A stretch of DNA of 20,000 bases, taken from the NCBI RefSeq assembly GCF_004010195.1, contig NC_057728.1:46292311-46312310 (forward strand), written 5' to 3'. The translations under genes were made by a program, and so were the position numbers. Of the stretch, positions 1 through 11,735 are shown one piece after another. Within the stretch, counting starts at the first letter, position 1, and each line of letters opens with the position of its first letter. The notes under the pieces are model-generated. The model was not told the DNA's origin, did no database searches, and saw nothing but the letters and a program-made list of their open reading frames with translations. The stretch is from Chiloscyllium plagiosum. Lineage: Eukaryota.

Positions 1-2034
1 CAGAATCAAGGTTGATCCTTTATCTTAATGCCATATTTCCACGTTCTCCACATTTAGTTTTCCCTTTTTTTTTCTGTTTTTTTCATATTTTCGCCTGTTG
101 CTACTCCTTTAAGAACTTTGGTCCCTTTAAGAGCATACTCTAAGAACTACAAGGAGTTTTAAAATTGCAGGCTAGTGGTTCACTGTCTTATGCTTCCAGA
201 TGATACTCTTGCCAAATAAGGAGAACGGACAATGTATGGGCTTTCTTTTCCTTTTGCAACAATTTTAAAAAAGACAATGGTGAAGCCAAGAAAAATCTAG
301 AGAGCGGTAAGCCTTTTTAGTGGAAACAGTTGGTTCTGATACCTTTTTCTTTCAGGAGTGATTTGTACCTTTTAAGATAATTTGTCTTTTGGCATTTAAA
401 ATCTGAACTGCAGAATGTTGGGATTTTCTTTAACAGGGAATGATAGAGAATCACTAGTATAGGCACTAGGCAGAGATAACATCAGGTATTGAAGTATCCA
501 ACAGACATCTATTACAGCTGGTTGTTGTACCCAATTATTACATGCCCAGACACATAGGTGGCTTGGCTTGTATTGGATTATTTGATTAAACAGACATGCA
601 TGCTTTCAAAAGCATGTCATACTTCAAGTGATCCCAAGTAAGATTTCCTTTGAGACCTTTATACCCCTCAGGTCATGTAATGTTATCAAGAGAATGTCTC
701 ATAATGGCTATACAGAAAGACTGACTATGAGATATAATAAGGCAATAATATAACTAGTTATTTCATGCTACAGAAGATATTCTATTGACTACCTGTGAGA
801 TAAATGCCATGTCTCTGGTGGTCAGTGAATGAATTCTTCTCCCATTTATTGTTAGCATTGTAAAACTTAAATTGAATCTGGCTCTTCCTATAAGGTAAAG
901 ATAAAGAACAGAAGCTGGTATTCAGTAATAAAACAGCAGTACATTTAGAGTTAGGGTCAGCGTTGGGCTTTTGTTAATAACAAAATAAGGGGGAGAAAGT
1001 CTGAAATGTAAAATGATTCTTTTGATCTCCCACCATAACATGGGTAGAAGCAACAAGTCAGGCATTTAAACTTCTTTTTAAACCTCCTCTGAGTTTCTGC
1101 CAAAACTACTGTGGGGTGTCAGAAAAACCCCAATGGAAATTCAACCTGACATATTTCATTAAGTCCATTCATTCTACAGCTCATTGTGCAATGTCTATCT
1201 TACTTAATCTCCTAAGAGAGGTAACTTGCAAAAAATGACATTTCCAAATAGATAAAGCTCTGCAAAATTTGTCCATAACCTGAAAAATCTAATAAAACCC
1301 TAGGTTATCAACATAACTTGGTGAACTACATTTGTCAGTAGTGTTTATATTCTTTCAATGATGTTTTCATAATCTCAACTGTGTAAAACTATCGTCTTTT
1401 CACTAAACACTTAATCAACTACATTGAAACACATTCTTACAACCCACAGCCCCTTTTTAAATCAATTTTTCCTTCAACTATTGTTTAAAAAACTTAACTG
1501 ATCTAGCATTAATTCCACTTGCAGAGTGTATTCACAGTCCTATTGCTCTATAGGAAGAAAAGTATCGAATATCTAATCTCACACTGCAGTTTCTTAATTG
1601 TGTGCTCAAATCTAGTTATGTGATCACAATCCATGTAAAATAATCTTTTCATTTCTCAGTTATCCATAGTGTGACAAAATTGAGGTGTATCATTTATAGT
1701 TGAATTATTTTATTTTATTATTTTTATGGAATGATTTTGAAAGATTTTCTATACATCAATTCCTATTGTAAAAAGGGTGAGTATTTTTTTTACCGTGAGG
1801 GTTTTTCGGACTTCCTACCATATCTTCAATGAAAAATAGAGGAAACCCCCTGAAGATAACTGGTAAATTGTCATCTCATTTGGATCTGCTGAAGTCATGG
1901 AGGGAGATTGCGAGAACATCCATGGAACATTTATAACACAATACAATGAAATGCAGCACAAGAACAGGCTTTTAGGCCCATCAAGCCTGCGCCAATTCCT
2001 ACTCCTTATTTAGACCTGCTAATTATTAGCCATA

Positions 2035-2256
2035 GTTTAGATTAGAGTGATGCTAGAAAAGCACAGCAGGTCAGGCAGCATCCAAGGAGCAGGAAAATCG
2101 ATGTTTCAGGCAAAAGCCCTTCATCAGCCCTGATGAAGGCCTTTTGCCTGAAACGTCGATTTTCCTGCTTCTTGGATGCTGCCTGACCTGCTGTGCTTTT
2201 CCAGCACCACTCTCATCTAAATTCTGGCTTCCAGCATCTGCAGTCCTTACGTTTGC
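2035..2256. mobile_element. Penelope-like element terminus arranged as a fold-back inverted repeat, with a 16-bp target-site duplication
   Basis: Arms 2036-2127 and 2130-2221 are reverse complements (92 bp, 6 mismatches by my count). ctaattattagccata is duplicated at 2019-2034 and 2257-2272. Same family as 19884-20000. Family assignment rests on the hammerhead-like core and recalled consensus. Confidence 0.75.
2130..2160 (+). ncRNA. Minimal hammerhead-ribozyme-like motif (mirror copy on the minus strand at about 2097-2127)
   Basis: CTGATGA (2130-2136), stem AGGC/GCCT around loop ctttt, GAAA (2150-2153), C, then GTC triplet (2155-2157). The 5' strand of stem I is lost at the inversion point. 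Confidence 0.6.
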
Positions 2257-3806
2257 CTAATTATTAGCCATATGCAGTTTCTAACCCTCTGTTCACCTCC
2301 TGTTCATGTGTCTATGAAAATATGCCTTAAATATTGCTAATGTGCCTGCTTCCACCACTTCCACTGGCAGTGCATTCCAGGCACCCACCGCTCTCTGGGT
2401 GTAAAATTTTCCCTGCACTTCTCCCCTAAATTTTCCCTCTCTCACCTTGAACCTATGTCCTCTTGTAGTTGACCTCTCCATCCTGGGATAAAGCCTCTGT
2501 CTATCCACCCTTTCTATGCCTCTCATAATTTTGTGGACCTCTATCAAGTTCCCCTGCCCCCTTCACAGCGTCCGACTTTCCAGTGAAAGCAAATTGAGTT
2601 TATTCAACCCTTCCCCATAACTAAAACCTCCGGACCAGGCAGCACCCTAGTAAACCTTCTCTTCACCCTCTCCAAAGCATCCATCTCCTGCTGGTGACCA
2701 GAATTGCACGTAATATTCCAAATGTGGCCTAACTAAAGTTTTAACATAAATTGCCAACTTTTATATTTGATGCCCCAGCTGATGAAAGCTAGCATGCTGC
2801 TTGTCTTCTTGATCACCATATCCACCTGTGATGCCACTTCCAGGGATCTCTGGACCAATATGCCTAGATCTCTCTGTATGTCAATGTCATTTATTGTATA
2901 ATTTGCACCCGAATGTGATTTTCCAAAATGCATCACCTTGCATTACTCTCAGTTTTTTAAAAGAAAAATATTGACTGAAAAATGGATTCTGGAAGGTAGA
3001 CATTTATTCATTTTCCTTATCTTGAACCCAATCAGGAAACTGCTCATTGTAATATTGTTGGCTGTTTTATTTATATCTGGAAAAACTGTCCACACTCTGC
3101 AATCAATTTTAATGCATCATCTGAGAATGAAGCTATGATGTGGTCTGATCAGGATAGATACAGTTCAAACAGCATTTGTCAGATGTGACGAACTACATGT
3201 ACCTGGATGAGACCTACTTGTTCACTATCCAACTAAAATATCTTCATCTGCAGAATGGCCTCTGAAAGGTATTTTTGTATTTTAAAAGTATTTGTGGGGG
3301 TGAGTGTCAAATAACTTTCACGTATCAGTTAATGTCATTTTTACTAGTTACCATAACAACAGAGGTTTTAAAGAGATGTTCTCTGCAGTCTTGAGAAGAC
3401 TGGATCTTGTAAAATTTAATGACGATTCCCATCAAAATGATAAATAGTTGAAAAGATTTTAATACTGAATCATCAATGCCAAATCATTTTATTTTTCTAA
3501 CTTGCTTCTAAACTGTACCTTGACAAGAATTTCTTTGAAAATGATGCCATTTTGGCAGAAATTCTGTTTTCAAAATATTAACAAGGGTTACTCCTATCTT
3601 CAGGTTAAGCTGTACCAGACATTCAGGAAAACACTGTCACTAGAGTGGTAACATACAGACTATCAATTTTCCACCATCGGATTTTAATATCTGAGACCAT
3701 TATGGACTTAAATAATTTTCAATAAGAAAAGCATTGACTTAGTACGGCTGTAGCAATCACCTGACCTGGTTGAATCGAGCTCAAGAAATCAATGCGAGAT
3801 AATAAA

Positions 3807-3995
3807 AGCAGGTCTGGCAGCAGCATTTGTGGGAGAAATCAGAGTTAATGTTTCATGTCGAGTGACCCTTCCCCAGTTCTGAGGAAGGGTCACTTAACCC
3901 AAAACATTAACTCTGATTTCTGTCCACAGATGCTGTCAGATATGCTGAGCTTTTCGAGCAATTTCTGTTTTTGTTTCTGATTTACAACATTCACA
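3807..3995. mobile_element. Penelope-like terminus of a second family, older fold-back inverted repeat
   Basis: gaaatcagagttaatgtttc...gtgacccttccccag (to 3876), spacer tt, then ctgaggaagggtcac...aaacattaactctgatttc; decayed CTGAnGA...(G)AAAC core. Confidence 0.65.
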
Positions 3996-4684
3996 ATTCT
4001 TTCCATTTTTATTAAGATAAACATAGTCCAAGCCAAAATTAACATTTTATCAAAAGCAACTGAAGAAATGCTTGTCAGTTGCTTCCAATTTATTTCTCCA
4101 GAAGTTTGGTGTGTTGGGATAAAAGCTGCATGAAGATTATCCAGCTTGAAAGAAACAATGATTCCTGACACATGAATAGACAAGTGAACTGTACTTCAGG
4201 AACACAGATTTAGGGCAGAGCAGGGAAGGAAAATGGACATTTAACATCAAAACAAAAACTCATTTTCTCCCTGTCTGTTTCCTCAACCTCTCAATTGAAC
4301 AGCTCCTAATGATGAAGTAAAGTAAAGGACTATCCACTTACTATAACTCAAAGCAATTTGCAGAATTCCCACTATTGACATCATAAAACATCCATTAACC
4401 AACTGTGATCTCAGGTCAAGGTTAGGATTGAGAGTTTCAAGGACTTTTGAAACGATACAAACTTGACCTTTTTGTACTAGATACATTTAGTTTTCTAAAC
4501 ATTATCTCTCTGTTGGCATTTGTGTTTGATATTGCATTTTATTATTTTTCTTGGGGGTGAGTAAATTTAAAAAATTCACTTCCTTTCACTCAGGGAGCTC
4601 TTGTAATTAGTTCCCACACTTCAATTTAGTTAACTACATTTTAATTGAAGTATGGTGTAATTGTGTGTTAAAAATAGTTTAAAA

Positions 4685-4721
4685 TATTTGTTGTGACCCA
4701 TTGTATTTGTCACAACAAATA
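4685..4721. repeat. Perfect 13-bp inverted repeat with an 11-nt loop
   Basis: tatttgttgtgac (4685-4697) and gtcacaacaaata (4709-4721). Confidence 0.9.
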
Positions 4722-5626
4722 GAAGGGAGTTTGCTGATTGTTGTTCTAACCACAAATCCTATCATATTAAAATCCATTTTCATCTAATGTGATAAAATCC
4801 CTTTGTTATCATTCTCTGTTCTCATCAATTTTCAGATCCATTCCATGGTGTCACTAACAAATTTGAATAACCATAGTTACTCGCTTCTATATTGCACAGC
4901 AATAAACAGTTTTATACCATAGTTCAACAAAGGGAAATTGCTATTTTTTATGTAGAGAATAAATGGACTGATGTCAGATAAATTATGTTTTTAAAAGAGG
5001 ATGAATATCACTTCTAAATTGCAAATAATAGATAAAAGTTAAGTAAATTCAGTCATACAGATTGTCGGTCATGCTAGAAAATGCCATTATTCTAGGTACT
5101 ACTGCTAAAATTTAGGTTCACTAAGGTTCAATTGGCTTTCTGATGAGCCATGAAACAAATCACTAGAGATCCTCCCATCAGTGTTACTAAGCATGACACT
5201 TTCACATCAGGTGGTGCAAAATATTTGAGCTGTTTTATTGATCAAGATTACTTCTATTGCCCCAAGAAATTGCATTCTTCTGACGCCAACAGTGTTTTAA
5301 CATCAGAACTTGCACGACATAATAAAATGAACTTAATAAACTTTCTGGTTCTCAGACAATCCTGAGATTGGCTAAATTATAAATCGATCCTGGTGTGCTA
5401 TTCCCAAAAAAAATCCTTCATTGTTTTTTGGCCCAGATTTTACGCTTATAATGATCGACAAACCTGTCAGTACTCAGTCTCACTGCAAGTAATAAAATGG
5501 TAGCAACCTCTTCAGAAGTGCAGTTGCAGTGAAATGAAAAATATAATAAGGGCTGTGCAGATGGCAATCTGAGCGTTTGATATGAACTTCCACGTCTTTG
5601 CCTATTAGCCTTCCTGAAAATATGTG

Positions 5627-5968
5627 GATCATGGTACAGTGGTAATGGCACTGAACTTGTAATCCAGAGGCCCAGGTATGGGTATGTTCAAATCCCACTT
5701 GGTACGATCTGAATTGACTTAATAAAAAAGCTTGGAATTAAAACATAGTTTCACCATTAAACAATCATCAATTGTTGTATATAAATATCCTGTCCTTTCA
5801 GGGAATGGAATCTGGCATCTTTACCTGGTCTGGCCTACATATGACTCCAGACCCACAATGTTGTGGTTAACTCATAACTGCCAGCAAACTATTCAATTCA
5901 ATGGCAACTGGGGATTGAGAAGAAAAGCTGAACTTGCCAGCAACCCACATGTCCCATGAAAGAATAAG
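5627..5968 (+). mobile_element. tRNA-derived SINE with an L2-like 3' tail
   Basis: A-box-like tggtacagtggtaa and B-box-like gttcaaatccc; core tacctggtctggcctac..tgactccaga shared with 17257-17615; tail gccagcaacccacatgtcccatgaa. Confidence 0.8.
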
Positions 5969-6219
5969 GCAAAATTCCTTGAAATAGCTATAACTTGTCA
6001 AATAAAATGTAGCTTTGTCTATAACAGCATACTAAGTTTATGGTTATTGCTGAGTAATATTTCTGGCACTGAAAAAGCAATTTTACATTAGTGGAATGCT
6101 AGTTTTCTTCAGTTTGATCAAAAAATCTGTAGATTACTGAAATAACATGAAGTTTTTCGAGTTTGTTCACGATATTTCAGTTTCTACTTTGCTCCCAAAT
6201 GTGCATTTGTATAATGCTG

Positions 6220-6365
6220 TATGGATGAAAGTTTGCACACTGAGCTGGAAGGTTCAATTTCAGATGTTTCGTCAACATACTAGGTGACATCGTCAGTGAG
6301 CCTCCAGTGAAGCATTGGTGTTGGTGACCCGCTTTCTATTTATGTGTTTAGGTTTCCTTGGGTTG
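6220..6365 (-). mobile_element. Penelope-like terminus of a third family, with a hammerhead-like motif at 6260-6299
   Basis: Minus strand reads tca-CTGACGA-t-gtca..(loop)..tgac-GAAA-C-ATC-tga, giving stem I tca/tga and stem II gtca/tgac. Confidence 0.65.
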
Positions 6366-6777
6366 TCTATATAATAAGCAAAAAGTAAAAGACAGTCATT
6401 ATATTTTTCTTCCGGTTTGTTGATTGTGAGAATATCTCAGTGTAATTGGTCATTTAGCCTGCTTGATGTTGCATTATTACTGAAATCCAGTGATCTACGA
6501 ATGCTAATGTTTGTGTGAAATTAAAATTGTGAATGGGGAGATCTTCACCATAGAGATGGTTAGATATTTTCTGAGCAGCAACATTTCTTTGCGATTGATT
6601 GCAAAATTTTCCAAAGCTTGAAATTAACAATACAACCTTGCTTCCTTTACATTATTTAGAACTGTTTTAATATGTTATTACATCAATGCATATAAATATG
6701 CTATAAGCACATATTTATTTCGGGAAATATACAGAATCCAAAATAGTGAAGGTACCGGTAAGTGAGTTTAGGGCCCT

Positions 6778-6985
6778 AGTTAGGCCACTACCAGTATTGT
6801 ATTACTGTTCTGGTCTCCACACTGTATAAAAGACATGGAAGCCCTGGAGAAATGCACAAAACATTTACAAATACGGATAGATCAAAGATATTGGGAGAGA
6901 ATGAATAGGATCGTATCTTCTGAAAGAATTACACAAGACCCTTTTAAAGTATTTAAAAAGATGAATGATTTGGACAGGATAGTTT
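6778..6985 (+). mobile_element. Old CR1 LINE fragment
   Basis: taggccac...tattgt...ttctggtctccacac...aaaagacatggaagccctggag resembles the CR1 RPHLEYC.QFWSP...KDI.ALE region; heavily decayed. Confidence 0.65.
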
Positions 6986-7332
6986 TGCATATAATGTTTT
7001 AATTTTACCATCCCTGGCATGATGTTTTGGGAGCTGGGTAGACCAGTAAATATTGGGAAGCCATGTCATGAAAGTTCTTCAGCACCAATATGGTAGTGTG
7101 GGCATTTCCTAGAAGTAGGCTAAGGGCTGGGATAACCAAGCAGAACAAGACATTCACATAAATTAGTTATGGTCAAATTGGGGGCACTGGGATTATGCCA
7201 GTGTGAAAAGGCCTCCTGCCACATGGAAAGGATGTCAGTTTTGATGGAGGAGGCCTTCCATTGGCATCCTGAGGAGGGTAGGGTCTGTGGAAATAAGCAG
7301 GAACCACGAGCAGGCAAATCAGCCATGTCACA

Positions 7333-7674
7333 GCTGGCATGGTGGTTGAATGGTTAGCCCTGTTGTGTTACAGTAACAGGGACCTGGATTCAATTCCAGC
7401 CATGGCAACTGTCAGTGTGGAGCTTGCAGGTTTTCACCACATCCGTGTGGATTTCTTCCGATTGTTTTCCTCTCATAGTCTAATGATATTCAGGTTGGGT
7501 AGATTGGCAATGCTAAGTTGCTCATAGTGTTCAGGGATGTGCAGTTTAGGCCATGGGAAATGCAGGGTTACAGGGATAGGGTAGGAGGATGGATCTAGGT
7601 CGGATGCTCTTCAAAGGGTTGGTGTGGACTTGATAAGCTAAGTGGCCTGCTACCCCACTATCGGGATTCTATGA
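7333..7674 (+). mobile_element. HE1-type V-SINE (elasmobranch)
   Basis: tRNA-like head (tggttagc...ggattcaattcc), V-domain-like gtgtggagcttgca...gtgtggatttcttccg, and CR1-like 3' end ggtgtggacttg...tggcctg...gattctatga. Confidence 0.85.
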
Positions 7675-8233
7675 CCAATTATCCCAAGATACTCGCCTGA
7701 TGATTTAATTTTACTTAGCTTTGAGTGCCCAAGATCACCTGACAGCCTTGATGTACCCAGCACATTCCCCAGTGGTACTGCAGCATGGAGAATATAACCA
7801 CCATGTTAATTGGATGGTAAGACCTGCAGCAGTCAGTAGGAACAACAAGCTGAAAGGTTATTCAATACTGGCTGCCTGTTGACTTGCCCTGGAGTGGCAC
7901 AGTTGCCTTTTTCAGCCAAGAGCAAACCTTTACAAAATCAAAAACCATTGAAAAATACAGGTGCTACACAAATAAACTTGTCGCCTGCATCTCCTTATCC
8001 AAACCAGAGTAATCCAAAATTAACAGCATAAGAAGAAATTAAAATAGTAAATATAATGCTAGATCTGATACAGGATGTGAAATAAAAAGGAAGAAAGAAA
8101 AATTGGATTAGCTGAGACAAATAGAGTTAAAATATGCAATTACATATTTTTTGGATCTCCGTTGATAATTAAAAACTGAGAAAAGGATTCTACATCTGTA
8201 ATCATTAATTTTCAGTGATAGACAGAGCAATTA

Positions 8234-8408
8234 TAGATTCATAAAGTCATACAGCACAGAAATAGACCCTTCGATCCAATCTGTCTGCACTGACCAGATA
8301 TCCCAGTCCCATCTAGTCTCATCAGCCAGCACTTGGCCCATATCCCTCTAAACCCTTCCTATTCAGATACTCATTCAGATGCCTTTTAAATGTCGTGATT
8401 ATACCCAG
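8234..8408 (-). mobile_element. CR1 LINE 3' end fragment
   Basis: Minus translation GIITTFKRHLNEYLNRKGLEGYGPSAG, followed by the typical 3' UTR and short-repeat tail. Confidence 0.88.
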
Positions 8409-10313
8409 TTGATAGGATTGAGAACATATTACACAGTTTAAAAAGCATAATGAGACTGAAATGTGAGTTTTTATACCATGCATAAACATCAACTTCACAT
8501 CATTGTCAAAGGCATTTCCTTCATCAGCCAGCAAATCTAATGGCTAGGTGACACACTCCAAACAGCAACTTCCAGAGTTTTCCATTTAACAAAGCATTTA
8601 AAATTGCTGTGTGCTATCTGCATAAAGAACGATGAGCACTGTTAGCCTCAGCAATAATATAACAGTATACTCCGATACAACGTTGCTATTTGATATTGCA
8701 AAGAGTGCATCAGCAGGACTCGATGTTAAAAATTCTGGAAAATAAAATGATCTATTGAAATGAATACACCCTTTACTGAGCTCTTATTTTCCAAAATTAC
8801 AGAGAATCTCAGGTTGCAGCAGTATTTATTGAATATACCTTACTTTTTGTAATATTTGGCCTTTCGTGACACCCATGGAAGACTGCAGCATGCCTTCTGC
8901 AAAGGCCTGGTACTCCTCAGTCAACAAATCCCCTCCAGCAGAAACTTAATATATCTGATTTGTCAATGTCATCACCACTGCTAATCTCTTCCCAACCCAC
9001 GTCAGCTTTGAAGTCTGAAAACTATTCATTCTATAATGCATTTGCAACTTGCAATGCCTAGCTGGGGACTGAAACTGATTTGAAAATAATGGTGAGCAAG
9101 ACGCTGCTTTCAGTTCAGATGGCAAGAGGAATAAACTGCATTTTAAAAATATATAAAAATTCTCCAATATTAGGTCAGAGGGTCAATTTTATCTGGAAAG
9201 CAATTTCAATAATGAATGAACAAGTGGCTCTCAAAAGAGTAAATGTAAAATTGTTTAACATTTAAAATGATATATCATTGAGTATTAAATCATTCTTTCA
9301 GAAATGGGCTGAATACTTTTGAATGAATTACATATAGTGACATTGACAGATAAACTAGGACAGTATATAAATGAACACTGTATAGATTGTCAGATAGTTT
9401 ACTTTTATCCCTTGAGCAATGAAACTAAATTTAGAATTTAAGCACTTAACTTTTTTTTCTGCTGCGCACTCAATTGGAATTTAAAATTGTATCTGGGACC
9501 AGTCCAGATGCTGTACTGGATGTTATTATTTTGCCTTGGAGATCAGAGTTCAAATCTCATACTTGACTAGCATTCAATCTTAGTTTATTTGCTCGAGTTC
9601 TGAAGGGCAAATTGTACCACATCTCCACTTCCTGTTGAGGAGGAAGAAAATGTAGCAAAGGCTCCTTCTGTACAAATCAACTGAGTTATCATAGGATCAC
9701 ATTTAAAGTCTTTACAGACACATCAGCTGCATCAAGCTGTCCTTCCAAGAGGGGGAGGAGAGGGAATGGATGTGGGAAAGAAATACATCATGAACAGCAG
9801 TGCACCGATAAGGCTAGATGATATGCCTCGACATACTTTAGTCCCTCTAGCTATGGGGCAAGTTGTTGTATTCAATATCCAAAACAGCTCCCATGCTTTC
9901 CACAGAGTAACTAACTTTTCAAGTGTTATGTAGCTGGCATGTGCTGTAACATGTGAGAAGAATTGACCTACTTGTACACATGCTGTGAATACACTCATTT
10001 TTAAAATTTCAGCGAATTATTTGTGTTTGACATGTCCTGCCCACTTGTATTTTTCTTTTGTGTTCAAAAGACATCAAAAGGTTAATTTGAACTTGACCTT
10101 CCTGCTGTGATCAGATCAGCTGCCCATTTTGCACTTTCCTTGATCTTGCTTTCCCGTGACTTGTCTGGCCACAGAAGTTAACATGATCCAGACCAATCGA
10201 GTTTTGCAATTTACGCATTTTATCAAGAGAATACTGGCTTCAAAAAGTTAAAATATATTTAAATCAGAAAGCAATGCAGAAGTGCAAGAGGAAAGGTGGG
10301 TACTTGAAGGATC

Positions 10314-10740
10314 CATAAGACATAAGAGGAGAAGTTAGGCCATTCAGCCAACAAGTCTGCTCAGCCATTCAATCAGGGCTGATAAGTTTCTCATCCCCAT
10401 TCTCCCACCTACTTCCCATAACCCTTGCTAATCAAGAACCTACCTCAGCGTTAAGTGCACTAAGTGACTTGGCCTCCAAAGCCTTCTGTGGCAGTGAATC
10501 AAAAGATTCACCACTCTCTGGCTGAAGGAATTTCTCCTTATCTCCATTCTAAAAGGTCTTCCCTTTACTCTAAGACTGTGCCCTTGGGTCCTAGTCTCTC
10601 TCACCAATAGAAACATCATCCTAACACCCATTCTCTCCAGGCCATTCAGTATTCTGTAAGTTTCAATTAGATCCACCCCTCCTCCTTCTAAACTCCATCA
10701 AGGATCGACACCAGAGTCCTCAAATGTTCCTTATATCCAT
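10314..10740 (-). mobile_element. CR1 LINE 3' end fragment
   Basis: Minus ORF 10440-10676 DLIETYRILNGLER...TRTQGHSLRVKGRPFR.E.RRN.FSQRVVNL; tandem cataaga tail at 10314-10327. Confidence 0.92.
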
Positions 10741-10827
10741 TGATCATTAGATCCAGTTCAGTGCTCCACGCCATGGACTTTACTAGAAAGGTAAATCATT
10801 CAGGGTATAGAATTAGCGATGAACTCT

Positions 10828-11030
10828 TGTGACACAATAGGCAGCATAACTGCCTCTGAGTTAGACAGATGCAGTTCAAGCCCAAATCCAGCACTTGAGG
10901 TGAAGGAAGATGTACTCATTACTCAGCGAAACGGGTTGAATATCAGCTTGCAAATACTTCTAACACAGGCCACAGGAAGAGATTTCTGGTTGAGACATTC
11001 AGGAAGGAACATTGGACCCTCTAGTTGTAG
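10828..11030 (+). mobile_element. Probable decayed tRNA-derived SINE
   Basis: Head ggcagcataactgcctctgagt...agttcaagccc..tccagcacttga resembles shark SINE heads; 3' extent uncertain. Confidence 0.4.
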
Positions 11031-11034
11031 TGAT

Positions 11035-11249
11035 TGTAATGAAGTAGGCCAGGTGGACCTCATAGAATATGAGTTACCTGATTGGACCAGATTCACAACC
11101 CCAATCAGGAAGCTCTGGCTGACAGATGAAAACTGGAGTGTCAGACATCTTATTCACTCTGAAGGAGCTGGATCAATGTCAAGGACTTTCCACACATAAG
11201 TAAAGGGCGACTTGGGAGATGGAATACTGGCCTCTGTGGAGTTATTTCA
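11035..11249 (+). mobile_element. Solo LTR (about 215 bp) of a Gypsy-like retrotransposon
   Basis: TGTAAT...TTTCA termini; aligns end to end with 18600-18808 (gccaggtggacctcatagaatatgagtt, gctggatca.tgtcaaggact, ctctgtggagttatttca). No clear target-site duplication. Confidence 0.75.
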
Positions 11250-11314
11250 CAACCATCACTATCTGCAGCTCTCATCTACAATATGTGTAAAAATGCAGGC
11301 TGCCTTATAGCTAC

Positions 11315-11735
11315 TTGATTTGATTTAATTTGATTCATTATTATCATGTGTACAGCGATACAGTAAAAAGTATTGTTTTGTGTGCAATCCAGACAAATTT
11401 TACCTCCAATAAGTACATCAGGAGAATGCAGAATATGATATTACAGTTACAGAGAATGTGTAGCAAAAGAGCAGCTCCATTATATGAGAGGTCAGTTCAT
11501 AAGTCTGATAACAGCAGGGAAGAAGCTGTTATTGAATTGGGAGGTACAAGTTTTCAAACCTTTGTCTTTTCTGGAGGTGGGAAGAGGGTGGAAGACAGTA
11601 TAACCAAGCTGGGAGAGGTCTTTGATTATGTTAGCAGCAGGAAGTATAGTCAGAGTCAATGGAAGGAAGGCTGGTTTGCACGATGGACTGAACTGCATTC
11701 ACATCTCTTGGTAATTTCTTGTGATGCCTCTGGAT
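11315..11735 (-). mobile_element. Rex1/Babar-clade LINE 3' end
   Basis: Minus ORF 11492-11698 ends AANIIKDLSQLGYTVFHPLPTSRK...FNNSFFPAVIRLMN, the Rex1/Babar C-terminal signature; (ATCAA)n-like tail at 11315-11336. Confidence 0.88.

Larger units (their letters stand above)
1914..2945 (-). mobile_element. CR1-clade LINE, 5'-truncated 3' portion (decayed ORF2 C-terminus plus 3' UTR), interrupted by a nested insertion at 2035-2256
   Basis: Minus ORFs 2733-2936 (MHFGKSH...QRDLGILVQRSL) and 2293-2547 (TRGHRFKVREGKFR...FYTQRAVGAWNALP..VVEAGT...FK) match the CR1 ORF2 C-terminal motifs; frameshifted. Confidence 0.92.

Noticed and set aside
60..620. Possible LTR remnant (repeated cctttaaga, CCAAT-like motifs)
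   Set aside because: No termini or second copy in the window to support it.
5627..5700. tRNA genes at SINE heads (also about 7335, 9540, 10830, 17265)
   Set aside because: Only degenerate A/B boxes without a cloverleaf, most continuing into SINE bodies.
7000..7920. GC-richer element flanking the HE1 SINE
   Set aside because: Probably an old repeat, but I could not define its termini or family.
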